Part shown: positions 52,001-64,000 of the stretch, in pieces | Layout: each line of letters opens with the position of its first letter | Position numbering within the stretch: position 1 is the stretch's first letter | Origin: Balanoglossus misakiensis | Taxonomy: Eukaryota > Animalia > Hemichordata | NCBI GenBank assembly: GCA_040954595.2 | Contig: CM082584.2 | Coordinates: 12,933,166 to 12,997,165, forward strand | Direction: 5' to 3' | DNA: 64,000 bases | Notes under the pieces: model-generated | What the model was told of the DNA's origin: nothing | Databases searched by the model: none | What the model saw: only the letters and a program-made list of their open reading frames with translations | Translations under genes and position numbers: made by a program

Positions 52001-55000
52001 TCAGCATCTCCCGGGAACCCAAACACCACTGCTATAAGAATTCCGAAGATCTTCAGCAGTTGCCATAGAAATTGCTTCTTTCACATGGTCTATCCTCGAT
52101 ACGAGTTTTCCATGAAGTTCTTTAACTTTCTCTGGGTGACTTGCTGCTAGGTTTGTTTCTTCTGATGGGTCGTCTGAAAAGAAAATAACGGGTAGATTAT
52201 TAATTACTAGGATGTTCGATAGAAGTTCAGGAAAATTTTATGAGAGCAGTCCTTTTTACATTTTTGTGTTTTCTTTATTTATCAATTACCGTGTAGGTTG
52301 CAACTTACCTGAAAGATTGTATAAATATTTGATACTGCTATCAAAATTATACGTGGTATTTTGGTTTAGCATGCTATATTCTGTGGTATCGTTAGCACCT
52401 GAGGATTGAAAACATGAAAAATGAAACTTTATTGCATATGCACTGGAACAGAATCACTTGTACATTTTGCATTGCAAAACAAAATTATTCCAGTTACAAT
52501 TCATTTGAATCTTTGCTGACATTTTGACTTTTTTTGAAACCAATCCTGACAAATAATGGAGAAAAAGTCAACAATACGGCAAATAACTAAAACGTAATAC
52601 TTCATCAACATGGTTTTAAATATTCTTACAGAGAGAGAGACAGACCTTTGTTTCCGACTTGCTTCTGCTCGGGAGAAGTAAAGTCTTTTTCGACAAGTTT
52701 GTAATCACCTTGTCTGGAAAAAAGAATTGTGTGTACACATTTGAGTATTATTACAAACTGTGCGCTTTTTAAGACAGGAAATCAGTTTATAAAAGCCATA
52801 AATTATGAAGTACTAGATATACGTCCTTGTCTGGATGCTGCTAACGATCGATTGTAAACTGTAAAATGCGTGCTGCGACGTTGAAATTGTATTCTCTTCG
52901 AGATTTGTTTGAGCACTAGTAACGTAGAGGGTGTAAATTAATCACCCACCTGATACCAGCAATACCAGAATTGTCTAATTCAATGTTGTATATAAACTCA
53001 TTCCTTGGTGAGGGTTTCCCGCCAAGAAGTGTTTCAGACATGTCCATGCCATCAAACGGATCTGCTGGAAAATATTTAAAATTGAAGCAAATTTGCCAAC
53101 GAGAGAATACATGTATAATCGGCCAAAAAACATTGCCATAATTAATTGTCTTAATACGAGAATACCTACGGGTTGACTGCGGGCCACCGGCTATGGACAC
53201 TAATGTTGGCATCCAGTCTGTGACGTGTATAAGCCTGCATCACAAAGAAGGAATCAAAATTCTTGTTAGAGACGGAATCATACAGTCATTCTGATCAAAA
53301 TCAGCTGTAGAGAATTGCCCCATCAACAATTCTAAATACTTCAAAAAAAAAAACACCGATGCATTAAAAGTTTGTTGCTTACTCGGTATTAACGTAACCA
53401 GTTTTATTCAGCAATTTGCCATACACAAAAGCTGGAACTTGAGTTTGTCTTTCGGACAGAGACCCAGGGCTGTCATTGGGCACTTTCGTATCATCCGGGT
53501 TCTTGTGGTCAACCCCATTCTGAATAAATGTAGAGAATTTACGAAACACTATTCGTTTGTAAGTTTGCAGAGGTCGGTGCATGGGTTGGTTGGTAGGTCA
53601 ACGTGCACACAACAAGACAATCAAACGAAAGACAGCACCTTGCATTACAAATCTAAAAGTTAAAAAGGAGCGCCCAAAAGTGGCAACTTGTTTTATACTC
53701 ACACTACTGGAAAATACCAATACAGTTTGTTGTAATAATCCACTGCTTTCCAGGTGTATTCTTAGGTTGCCGATCAACTCGTCGACTGCTTGATGCATAT
53801 CCTGAAAACGATCGGGGATCTGCAACGAGGAAAGGAACTCTACATGAAAAATTCGCCATTTTATCGAGGAAAACAATTCGTGAATTTCATTCAATCGTAT
53901 CTAAGCTTTCATCTGTTGAGTCTAATAGCAAGTCTTTATCGAGGTTGGTTAGTTGGTTGTTTGGTTGGTTGGTTCACTTGGTAGATCGATCGGTCAGTCG
54001 GTAAATTGATTATTGGATGTATGCACTTACTCCTTGAGAGGACAACATGCTATCGATGCTTAGCAATAGAAACATCGAGTTTTGAGGATTTGTAGTGGCA
54101 ATTAAGTGTGCTATCCTTTTCTCAAATAAATCCTGTAAGTATAACACAAGAAGGAAAATTACTTTGGAGTATAACTATCAAGCCACTTGGTGGCGCTCTA
54201 ATTTCAAGCGAAAAACTATCGATAGTTCGCCGCACAAAGCAGTTCAGCTGCAGTTTACTTACAAATAGAAACGTGTTGTTCTCATAGCTGACTACTCCAG
54301 TGTTGTCATAGAGATTTATGCCTTCCAATCCTAAAATGTGAACGGAAATGACAGACCAATAAAGCAATTTAATCACTTTATAGTCATGAAGTTAAAGAGA
54401 ATATGTTTGAACAATGTCACCTGTAGGCTAGAAAAAAGCAATTTTACTGGAGTCTCATAAAAGCGTCAACTTCAAGTTAATCTTACAAGATTTGATGAAA
54501 GCGATATCTTAATATCCGAATATCTTAATTCCGAATATCGACGATTCAAGGTTGGATTAAACGAATGAACTAAACTGGTAATGGAAGCCATATTCAGTCA
54601 CAAATTTCAAAGGTTATGAGGAACTGGTATTGATTATTAACACATCAAAGTACTTCATACTGACCTGTGACAGGATCTTTGTACGAATGAGTCAGAGGCG
54701 ATATATCGTTCATATAGTACCCGTAAAACGAATCAAATCCTCGATATAGCGGCGTGTCGCCCACGTCACACAGTCCTATATCCCATCTGTGAAATGGAAA
54801 TTGGACAGAAAAGGTCGCCAAACTCGTAAATTATCACTATGAGGCCCCAACACGATTATTCAACAACAAGTACTGGTTATTCCTGCGTGAAGCCGAATTT
54901 TCCGTAAAAAATACTCAATCTCATCTTGATGGTTGTTAGATATTGTTTGCAGTTTGTTTTTAAGCGGTTTTGTTCAGTTGTGTAGATAGTTCTTGAGTTG

Positions 55001-57432
55001 TGTTAAATAATTCAATGTTGACTGTACGAATAACCCGGTGATGTATTAATTTAGTATTTTGCCAATCTATTGACAAGTCACACTTGTTACATACTTGCCA
55101 ATCATATGCGTCGAATATCCCATCTGTTTGAGTCTCCGCGGAAGGAGAGTGCCGTCTTCTGGCAAACCGACGCGAGGAACGCCATTGACATAGTCTTGCT
55201 GCAAGGCGACAACAGAAAACATTTCAGCAAATGCAAATGTGACACGTTTTTAAGCAAATTATTAACAGGTTTGCATTCTGTTGCTTAAAGACTTATCAGT
55301 GAGTAAGCAGCTTAATGCAAAGATTTCTCGTAAGATTTCGGATAAAATTTATACAATTATACTTCAGTTTTTATCTTCTCAACTTTTGGCAAAAAAATCG
55401 TTGCATATTACAAAGTCATACTTCATATGCGTTTGTAGGGTCATATATGAATGTTGGGTCAAAATGTGCATTGAAAGTGAATCTTTCTGACCTGAAAGCC
55501 AAGCTTGTATGGATAACGACCAGTCAGCAAGGCTGCTCTTGATCTGGAAAAAAATGTCACAAGGCAAAAGCAAACATCATCATGTGACCTTACAGCGATG
55601 TCTGATATTCACAAACAATTGTCAGGTAAAATAAAACAATTTGCTGCTGGACCCGGATATCATCTAACCAAAGAAAGTTATTTCAAACACAGAGAGGGTG
55701 TTTGTATGCGGGGCCTCAGTGATCGATTATGTAACGCATCTCCATTCATTGATGATACCTGAACATGAATGGAAGACGAGGTCAGTTAGGGATTATGATT
55801 ATAATTTAATAACAATGGTTACATGTCAAAAAATATTTGCCCATTGTATTGCAACTTTGTTGAAATCGTGTGAAACTTACGCTGTAGCCGATGATTGGGC
55901 GTAATAATTATTTAAGATGATTCCCTCCGAAGCAAGTGAATTCAGAGTGGGCGTTTTCAATTCTGAATTATTCCAGCCAACTTCGTTTGAGCCTGAAATA
56001 AAATCAAGAACGAGTACAAATAATATAATCTTGGATTGCTGAAGAATATTTGTAATGAAAGGCTCGCTGAGACAACTGTACTCAGTCTTTCTCGACAAAG
56101 TGGCCTTACCTAGGTTGTCGACAAGAATGAATACGATATGTGGTCGTTTGTCTTCTAGACTTGTCGCGCTACTGAAATCCTTGCAGTCCGTTTTCTTCTT
56201 TTCTGAGGTGACTGGAAGAAACATAAATATTTTGATTTCACATCGTCTTGGTAGCCATATAGGGATGAGGATCATCGTCATCATCATTATTATTATCACC
56301 ATCATCATTGTCGTCGTCGTAATCACTACGTTCGTCACCACCACCACCACCACCACCATAGATATTTTATATAAATATACGAACTTGGGGAGAACATAAA
56401 CTATCACGCCCACCATTATATTAGTGGTCGTGTTCTCGAGCAGAAATCTAAGGACAGAACACTCGCAACTATGACAACGACTACCTTGGGTTCCCGATAA
56501 GCAGAGATAAGTTGCGCACGCAAAACCAGTTGCAGATATCAGCCTTTCGATATAGGTACTTGACTTTTGATCCCCGATGAGTTTAACCCCATTGTTCCCA
56601 CACTCACATACTTGTAAAACATGAAAACATCATTCGTGTTTCGTGGCAGAGAGGCGCAAATACTATATAGGTGTAAATAGCGCATTCATAAATTTTCAGA
56701 ACTGGTAACACCTTGCAATAGAAGATATCAAAATATCGCACAGGCCGTTCAGTCATGCGGACGGGCCCGGGCGGGGAAATCATCTTACCGTTCAGCATAA
56801 GTGCCAATATCAATATTAAAGACACGACAGTAAATGAGGCAGTGACGGCATAAAGTCTGTATTTGTTGAGATCTTTTTCATCGGCAACGACCAGCTTGCC
56901 ATCTTTCTCCGGTTCATAACTCACTTCGATGCGATTCTCGCCACCATTCTGATCGCATTCTTCAATTTTCAGAGCGTCCTATAGCCAGGAAGTTAAAAAC
57001 AAAACCCATTAATTTAGCAAACAGGCACCTAATTTGCCGCCTAATTTCATTTCCATAATTATCAGACACCATATAACGAAGGTTACGTACGTTACATATT
57101 AACTTCACTCCATGTAATTTTACATGCCGGCTTGCCGGGATCAAACAAAGTGAAAAACAATTCTGTTTGATGTGATAAATCGATAGTTCACGAAATATCA
57201 GCATCAATGCTTCCTGTCGCGTGTGTCTTCCCAGGAAATAATGGTGTTATTGTAATAATAATACAGATTTAGGCTTTTTCTCTTTTAAAGCGTGCACTCG
57301 TGGCCGCGCGCGCGTTTCGAAGGGAAAAGAACGACGACGCGCGCGCGACGGGACGCGGACGAGGAATTAAAACAGTAAATCTTTTTCGCTTACCTCCCTT
57401 AGACAGCCATTTGTAGCGGAATTCGGTTCCAT
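52001..57432 (-). CDS. Divergent arylsulfatase-like protein, copy 5, predicted catalytically inactive
   Basis: 16 in-phase exons with no stop: MEPNSATNGCLRE|...LYAVTASFTVVSLILILALML...RPHIVFILVDNLG...YYAQSSATASRAALLTGRYP...GKWDIG...RGFDSFYG...FSSSNG...HVTDWMPTL...PSPRNEFIYNI...YLYNLSDDPSEETNLA...GVWVPGRC*. Confidence 0.88.
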
Positions 57433-59635
57433 AACAAGGTCAATCGTTGGTTTGTTGTCGGAATACCAGGGATTGCAGAGTTAAAGGTTATATACGCTGC
57501 GGTAGTGTTCCATTACAATACAAAGGCGTGTTCACAAACAGCGAACTCTGACTCGTGCGCGTGTTGACAATTATCTACACAAACCTAAAGGGTCTTTCGA
57601 CACGTGTCTGTATTGCTAAAGAGGGTCGTACAATCTGATTTGGGAGGAAAGGCGTCACAAGATAGGTGTGTGAAATTCCTGCCATTACTGTTTGAAAACT
57701 CAGGCTGTCAAGTTGTCATGGGCACACATGGTGGGGGGGGGGGGGGGGCGGGGGGGCATGTAGCGCATGTACACTATTAGGCTATATAGAAACACGCGCA
57801 CGCAGTGAGATGAACTGATCGCATACAATATCTGCCACAGTCCCTTTTTATTACATGTATCTGCAAATCTACTTAAAATGGCTTCAATATACATCAATAG
57901 TATTTATAGCGTTGATTGAGTTGAGTGATGGATGAGAGGGCACAGGAAAATCACAGTAAGCTAAGGAGCCTTAGTAAGAGTGTCAAGTGAACAGCAGGCT
58001 GGGTTTTTTTTCACTGTGACCCGGAGATCTCGAATTCCAACTTTTTTTTAATCCGGTTTGTTAGTTCACTGACTCATTCACAAGTTTACCATTCATTCAT
58101 TGTCTCAAAAATTCAAAACACTGTAAGCTTGTGTGTGTGTGTGGGGGGGGGGGGGTGCTTTTTCCCCCTCTCACATCACATACCGACCCTTCGCAAAAAC
58201 ATGCTTGTACAACCCAATGATGAAGTTTTCCGGTATTATCTAAAAACAATTATATAAGCCGGGCGCATCATAGTGTCTGGGACAAAAAGCTTTGAATTTG
58301 TGAGCGATTATTGTGGCCAACTTCTCACGCCTGTGTGCGTCAACCTCTCCACTGACACAAGTGTATGGATTGTGTCACTGTCGACGACAATCGAAATGAA
58401 GCTAACCTCCTCCAGCTATTGGCGAAGAAATTTCATTTTAACATTCGCGTGTTTTAGTCATACATGGGTCCAAGTTTCTGTATAGACTCGACAATGCCTA
58501 ATTAATAAGCATTGCCTTCAACAGAAAATACCAATATTCATAACATGTTAAATGACATGGCGTATCGTTAAATAAAATTTCCATTTTTATTGATATGACA
58601 TTTATAGATCCATAAAATTAGTTTAATGAACTACACAAGGGACCAATCAGATGCCTTTGAGGTCATGTTACAACAAGTAATACAATCTTGACCATTTTCG
58701 TTGATAGCTGTATGAATCAGGATGTACATTGACTGTCATTTAGGCGACTATCCCGGGTTTCAAAGCAAAAAAAAATTCTTCCCATGATAATGCTTAATTC
58801 AGTTTTTGTATTGACGAATTCGACCTCCCGACCCTTTATCAAGGAATGAGTAATCGACCTTTGGTTATCGATGTTTGATCACAACCTTCAACACATATCT
58901 TGTTGACGATGTTGACCATATCACACGTATGATAAACTGTGATGGTCAAAGTGTGATCGTATGTGACGCGGCCTTGCGATTATTCCCATAGAACCTATAA
59001 AATGAATAATCTTTCTATACAAGTTTTCTAACGTTCTCATCAATGATGTCCGTTTTATTTGATTTTTAGAGCTACATGCGACAACACGAAGAGACTGTGA
59101 TGCGGGCCACAGCAGAAAATATTTACTAAAAATGGTGCCAACCTTTCAAAGTAGCAGAAGAGACAGGTACGTAATGTATTCTAGCTAGTGACACAAGTTG
59201 GCTATCTCTTAAAAACCCACACACACATACACATACAAAATACAAACCCATTAGTTCACATGGCAACTTTATTGCGCGGCATTTCTAGACGACATATATT
59301 ATTTTGCGATTCAAAAACTTTCCATTTCAAAAGATCATATGCCAATGCATGATCTGTAACTTGCTGTTTGTAAGCAATCGTTATGCGAGTAAGGTACAGC
59401 ATAATCCTTTATCGTTAAACGCATGTACCGTACGAATCTGTAAAGGACAGGAAAGGTCGAAACTTTTCTCTAAAAAATCCAATAGATGTTCACTCCACGA
59501 TGAAAAAATGTGATAAGGTCAAAATGTAAAAGTCTTATGACAATGCTACATTGACATTGGTTTTACTCCAGTGATGTAGTTGCTCTGTGTCGTCAACACG
59601 GTTCGATGACATGACTCAGTGCTTGTACGCGTCGG

Positions 59636-61377
59636 TCATAGTCCAAAGAGTGCATCCAACAGATGGCTGTAGTTCCTGTAGTTCTACATATCGACATTTC
59701 TTTTCTTTTCATTCTTTAATTAACCATATTTGTCAGTTAATATTAGCTACAATACGAGATTGTCATTTAGGGTCTTTCTAGTACGCGTATTATACACGCG
59801 ACGTAATCGTTATTGATATAGAATACTTTTCAAATATTATTAACAATAACACTCACAAGTGTCGTTCTTATAACCAAACCTAGCTATAAACCGGTTCATT
59901 CAATAAGCTGTAATGCCAATGCGCATGCGTTAGTTCATCACCGAAAAGGCAAGAACTCACATCACGGGTTTAGGGAGACTGACCAGTACCAAGAACCCCA
60001 TCATTATGGACGCTTGGGCAAAGGTCCAGGCATTAAGCCACTTTAGTAGAGGATCCCAGGGTTTCATAATGTACACCAGTAATAAGACCAGCATCGAAAC
60101 CTGAGAACAAAACAAATATTTTAATGTGGGAGGTTTTTCGTGTCACATTGCTGTATTTTGGGTAACACTTAATACCGGGTGACGGTTTAATTGGGTATTG
60201 GCTTGGCTAATAGTTTACGTGCATGTACTAATAGCGTTCTTATTGCGCAGTTCAGTACGAGCAACTGTAAGTGAAATGAGATGACAATTGACTGTCCCAG
60301 CAACTGTGTGATTGGCCAAATCTTGTTCTATAATTAATGATTACTGTCAGTGAACGGAATCTCAAAAACATTATATTCTTACCGTGTTTTCATATACCAG
60401 TACATGCAGTGTGGCAAGGTAAGGAATCCGGTACGCTACTTTGCCCACAACGTCACGCGAACTGAACCATCTGTGTTCAAGCTTTCCACTGCCTTCTGGT
60501 TCATACTGGATTTCGACTTCGTAAGGGTTATCAACACTATCACGAGGATAAAATAATGAAAACGATAAATGAGTGACAATACGGTAAAATATCAAAGATG
60601 ATATATCTTAAATCATTGCTATTACACTTCGATTTTGGGGTAATGTCAAATTCGTCTCACGCAGGCAATAGTTATTATAGGAAACACCTAAACTCAGCTA
60701 CTAAACATTTAGCGCCGTTGAGGGCAGTGTTCCGAAGGGAATTTCCCTACCCTGGCCATGCACTACTTACTCGACTTGGGTGACCCGCTGAACGTATAGA
60801 GACCTTCTTGATGGATCTTTAACCACGATGATGTCACCGATATTTATAGAATATGACGTCACTTTGCTGAGAACCAATAGGTCTCCCTTGTCAGCCACCG
60901 AGTGTACTCTACATGAACATAACATATTGCGAAAAGAAAACGAAAGTTGACGAATTAGTGGGAAGACAAAATGAAAGTAGGCCTAAACGAGTATTTGTTG
61001 TTATGCTGAATTCCCATGAAATCCGACACAGCTTCCCCCCCCTCTCTCTCTCTCCCCTCCCGAGGCCCCTCTCTCTCATTTTATAACTTACCCTGAGTTG
61101 ACCACAGCAACGGCGACGGGATAATTCTTTAATAAATAAAAGAGTATCCACAACCAGGAGACACAGTTGACGAATCCATATTCGTGTAACAAAGAGAGTA
61201 CATCGCAGAATCTCCGGTAAACACTCTTGACAAGTACGCGTAGGTTCACCTATAGATGCAAAACAGACAAGCGAATCTATACGATGGTTTTCATTACACG
61301 TTTTGATTTCTGGTATAATTTTAAAATCTATCCCATGTTTGCTAACTTTTAACACAACTGAAGTCCGTACGTACCAT
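59636..61377 (-). CDS. SEC11-like (peptidase S26B family) protein lacking the catalytic residues
   Basis: In-phase exons ATG(61375-61377), 61092-61249, 60771-60908, 60383-60536, 59961-60100 give ...WLWILFYLLKNYPVAVAVVNSGVHSVADKGDLLVLSKVTSYSINIGDIIVVKDPSRRSLYVQRV...HRWFSSRDVVGKVAYRIPYLATLHVLVYENTVSMLVLLLVYIM. By eye this is colinear with SEC11 ([41 protein letters not shown]). Start codon and last exon are uncertain. Confidence 0.7.
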
Positions 61378-61885
61378 CTTTAAATTTCGATACTGGCTTC
61401 AAATGGACTCGAATTCCTTCCACTTCTTCGACTGTCAAGAGTTTCAGTGGCGGTGCTCTGCAGACGATGGATTGCTTCCCTCTGCAGTGATTACCCAGCG
61501 TCGCACAACGTTTTATTTTGCTATATGCAAATTATCTGGGGGATTTTTCGACTACTAATAATAGAATATTCTTGGCTTTACAGCCATACCAACCTATAGA
61601 AGAATTCTTTGCAAGCCAATCAGCAACGGACAGCTCAGCGTTTGCTTGCAGACACAACAAATTAATCGATGCGCATTTTCATTGCAACCCTCTTCTTGCA
61701 TTGTAATGCGTGAGCTCAGTGAATTCTTATCCTGCAAGTTCATATATACCGGAAAAGGTTAACTTGATGGCAGTGCCTTCAATATTGCAGAATCACGAAA
61801 CACGTGAATATTCACGGAATCACTAATTTTTGGGGTCATCTTGCGTGGATATTGGCAGGCTCATCGCCTTGGGGTGACGTGTGTA

Positions 61886-62137
61886 AGGGCTATCCCCGAC
61901 TTGCAGCCAATCAGAATGTGACACTCACAAGATATTGAATAGCGTTGTTGGTTACTTGGACTACAAGCGAAATGTTTGTCAATATAGACATTCGCAATTT
62001 ACATGTTTCGCCGAATTACCGGGTACAGAACACACTGTAAAAAGGGTAAATATCTAGTTGTTTACGACTTTGTTATCGATACACGCATTTTACCGTGTGT
62101 GTCGCTTTATGATTGGCTGTAAGTCGGGGATAGCCCT
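61886..62137. mobile_element. Putative MITE (non-autonomous DNA transposon)
   Basis: About 40-bp imperfect terminal inverted repeats: AGGGCTATCCCCGACTTGCAGCCAATCAGAATGTGACAC ... GTGTCGCTTTATGATTGGCTGTAAGTCGGGGATAGCCCT. No coding capacity; no clear TSD. Confidence 0.65.
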
Positions 62138-64000
62138 CTTATTATTTAGCTACAATACGCCAGAATTGAAAACAGGTCTGCCAAAAGGGTTCAACATCCT
62201 ACACTAATACATTAATGCGCCCTCAACAGTTTGGCAAGCAAGACAGGCAAATGATGTTACGAGATTCGCTCACTTGAACGTTGAGGACGCTCACTCAATA
62301 TGATAAGTTTGCGAAGACGGTGGCGTCTTGGAGTTCACATCGAAGTTGTTCTAGTTTAGTGAATATCGCCCTCACAGGCTTTCCCGAACTAATTCTATCA
62401 ACAAATTCTATAAACAAATTTCCTTTCTATGAATTTGCCCGTATCCGGTTGTGTTTACCCAGAGTCGTTGTATAACCTTGTACGTTGAAACGTGTATGTT
62501 GTCACGGTGGCTGGATTGACGATCGGCACACCTGCCAGGTATTGTACTTGACAAAACAGTTTGCCTATCTGATAGTATATCTGTCAGATATCTATTGTTT
62601 TCCGTCGAAATCTTAAACTGGGAGCCTTTCTCCAACTCCCAAACTATGTATGCACTTTTCGAACGCAACATTTGATATACTGGGAGTGCGGTGATATGAC
62701 GTCATTGGGCGGTGTCAGTAGAGATCAGATGGCAGCTGCTGATCACGTGTCCCGGCTTCAAAAACGTTGATATGCCTTGGCCCAGGTGTTACGTGGTCGG
62801 TGTCAATTGTACAGGTGTGCTGGCACAGCCTTGCCAATCTCAACAAAAGTGTAAAGATCAAGGTTAGAAGTTCATTCAATAAGCATATCAAATCACTGCT
62901 AAGCCTCCCCATAAGCATGTCACTGTACCCTGCGTTACGTGAATTCGCACGCTGCGATTGAGCGGAAAATTCCCGAACGATAGATATGGAAGTCATTACA
63001 GATTGACTACATATCCGTTTGCAACACCCCTCCCACTCTTCCGTATAGAAAAGAATGTCAAACAAATATTTCTTTTTAAAGTCTATATTTTATTTCCTCG
63101 CCGGCAATGGATATTGATATATGCCTTTGGCTTTGTACAGTCATAAAATTACATTTACTCATATTTAAAAATCAAAATGCAACAACAAAAATAAACACGT
63201 TTACTGGCAAAGAATGGCAAGCGAGTATTCCTTGTGCCAAACTGTTTTCTTTAATTGTAACAAGCACTTATCGTGATATTTCATTTGTAAGTTTATCTGG
63301 ATAACAAGTCAAATGACCATTGCTTGTAAATGTACTCTTTCTCGTTAGAAACTTCAATGTTTCTTTGGTGCCCGAGTGTTAAAAACACGTCAACCTAAAT
63401 GAAAGCACTTGAAACACAAAAATAAAATAACATCAAGCAAGCATTCATCACACATACCAACATTGCCAACGACCCATTTTATATCAAAATGTGTTCACAC
63501 GAGATAGTAGACGCATTACAGCTAAAAAGAATAGCTACAGCCCGTTATGATAATACGCGACTCAGGGAGTTAACACAAAGATTGACGTCGGCCATTTTGA
63601 ATTTCTAATTTGAGACCATTTTGCTCTCCCATTCGAAATTTGGCACAAAGTTTTTATTCTGTTTATCGCGAACAAAGATCTCTATCACCTGCATATCTTG
63701 TTTTTCAGTTTTAGCACAATAATCTTTATAACTGTCCTTATCTTATAGCTAGAGTAATATATTTTCATCCTCCCATATCGTGTATTTACTAACAAAACAG
63801 CAAGATAAAAAAGTAATTTAGTGATGTGTTTGACTAATAAAACATACAGTGGCTGAACTCTGCTGTTATCAGCAGCTAATGTTTCAGTAAGATTGCTTGC
63901 TATCTTGCTGAATAGCTGGCTTTGCCAGTCATGTCACCATTTTGGAGGACGAAAGCACTGTAGGTTGCCTCAGCTGTAGAAAGCATATTTCACAACTCCT

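Noticed and set aside
57305-57350. (CG)n inverted pair in the first intron of copy 5 (possible Z-DNA or hairpin)
   Set aside because: Short and self-complementary simply because of its composition.
52001-57432. Copy 5 as an ordinary pseudogene
   Set aside because: I found no stop, frameshift or broken splice site across 16 exons despite heavy divergence.
60909-61355. 148-aa ORF as the product of the last gene
   Set aside because: It is an alternative frame running through introns; spliced to the next exon it stops after five codons, whereas the other frame gives the SEC11-like protein.
62270-64000. Additional gene at the right end of the window
   Set aside because: Only short unrecognisable ORFs; no consistent exon chain could be built.

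Overview
Gene-dense, intron-rich eukaryotic DNA from an animal, probably a marine invertebrate (inferred from gene content only). The ORF track is fragmentary, so I built gene models by hand from GT/GC-AG junctions and exon phase. Left third: PIF1 helicase (-) head-to-head with TTC33 (+); a kelch-repeat/coiled-coil gene (+) with an intron-containing tRNA-Tyr(GTA) nested antisense in one intron; SLC35A3-like UDP-GlcNAc transporter (-) head-to-head with ATPAF1 (+); and an ACT-domain threonine dehydratase (-). 25.5-57.4 kb is a tandem array of five arylsulfatase-B-like genes (-). All five have a cytosolic N-terminal tail plus one hydrophobic helix instead of a typical signal peptide; copies 1-4 carry NPxY-like motifs and an intact CxPxR. 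Copy 5 keeps an open 16-exon reading frame but has lost the catalytic Cys and most other active-site residues. Next to it is a SEC11-like (signal peptidase family) gene that has apparently lost its Ser/His/Asp triad. These two apparent pseudoenzymes beside a membrane-anchored sulfatase array are the main points of interest.
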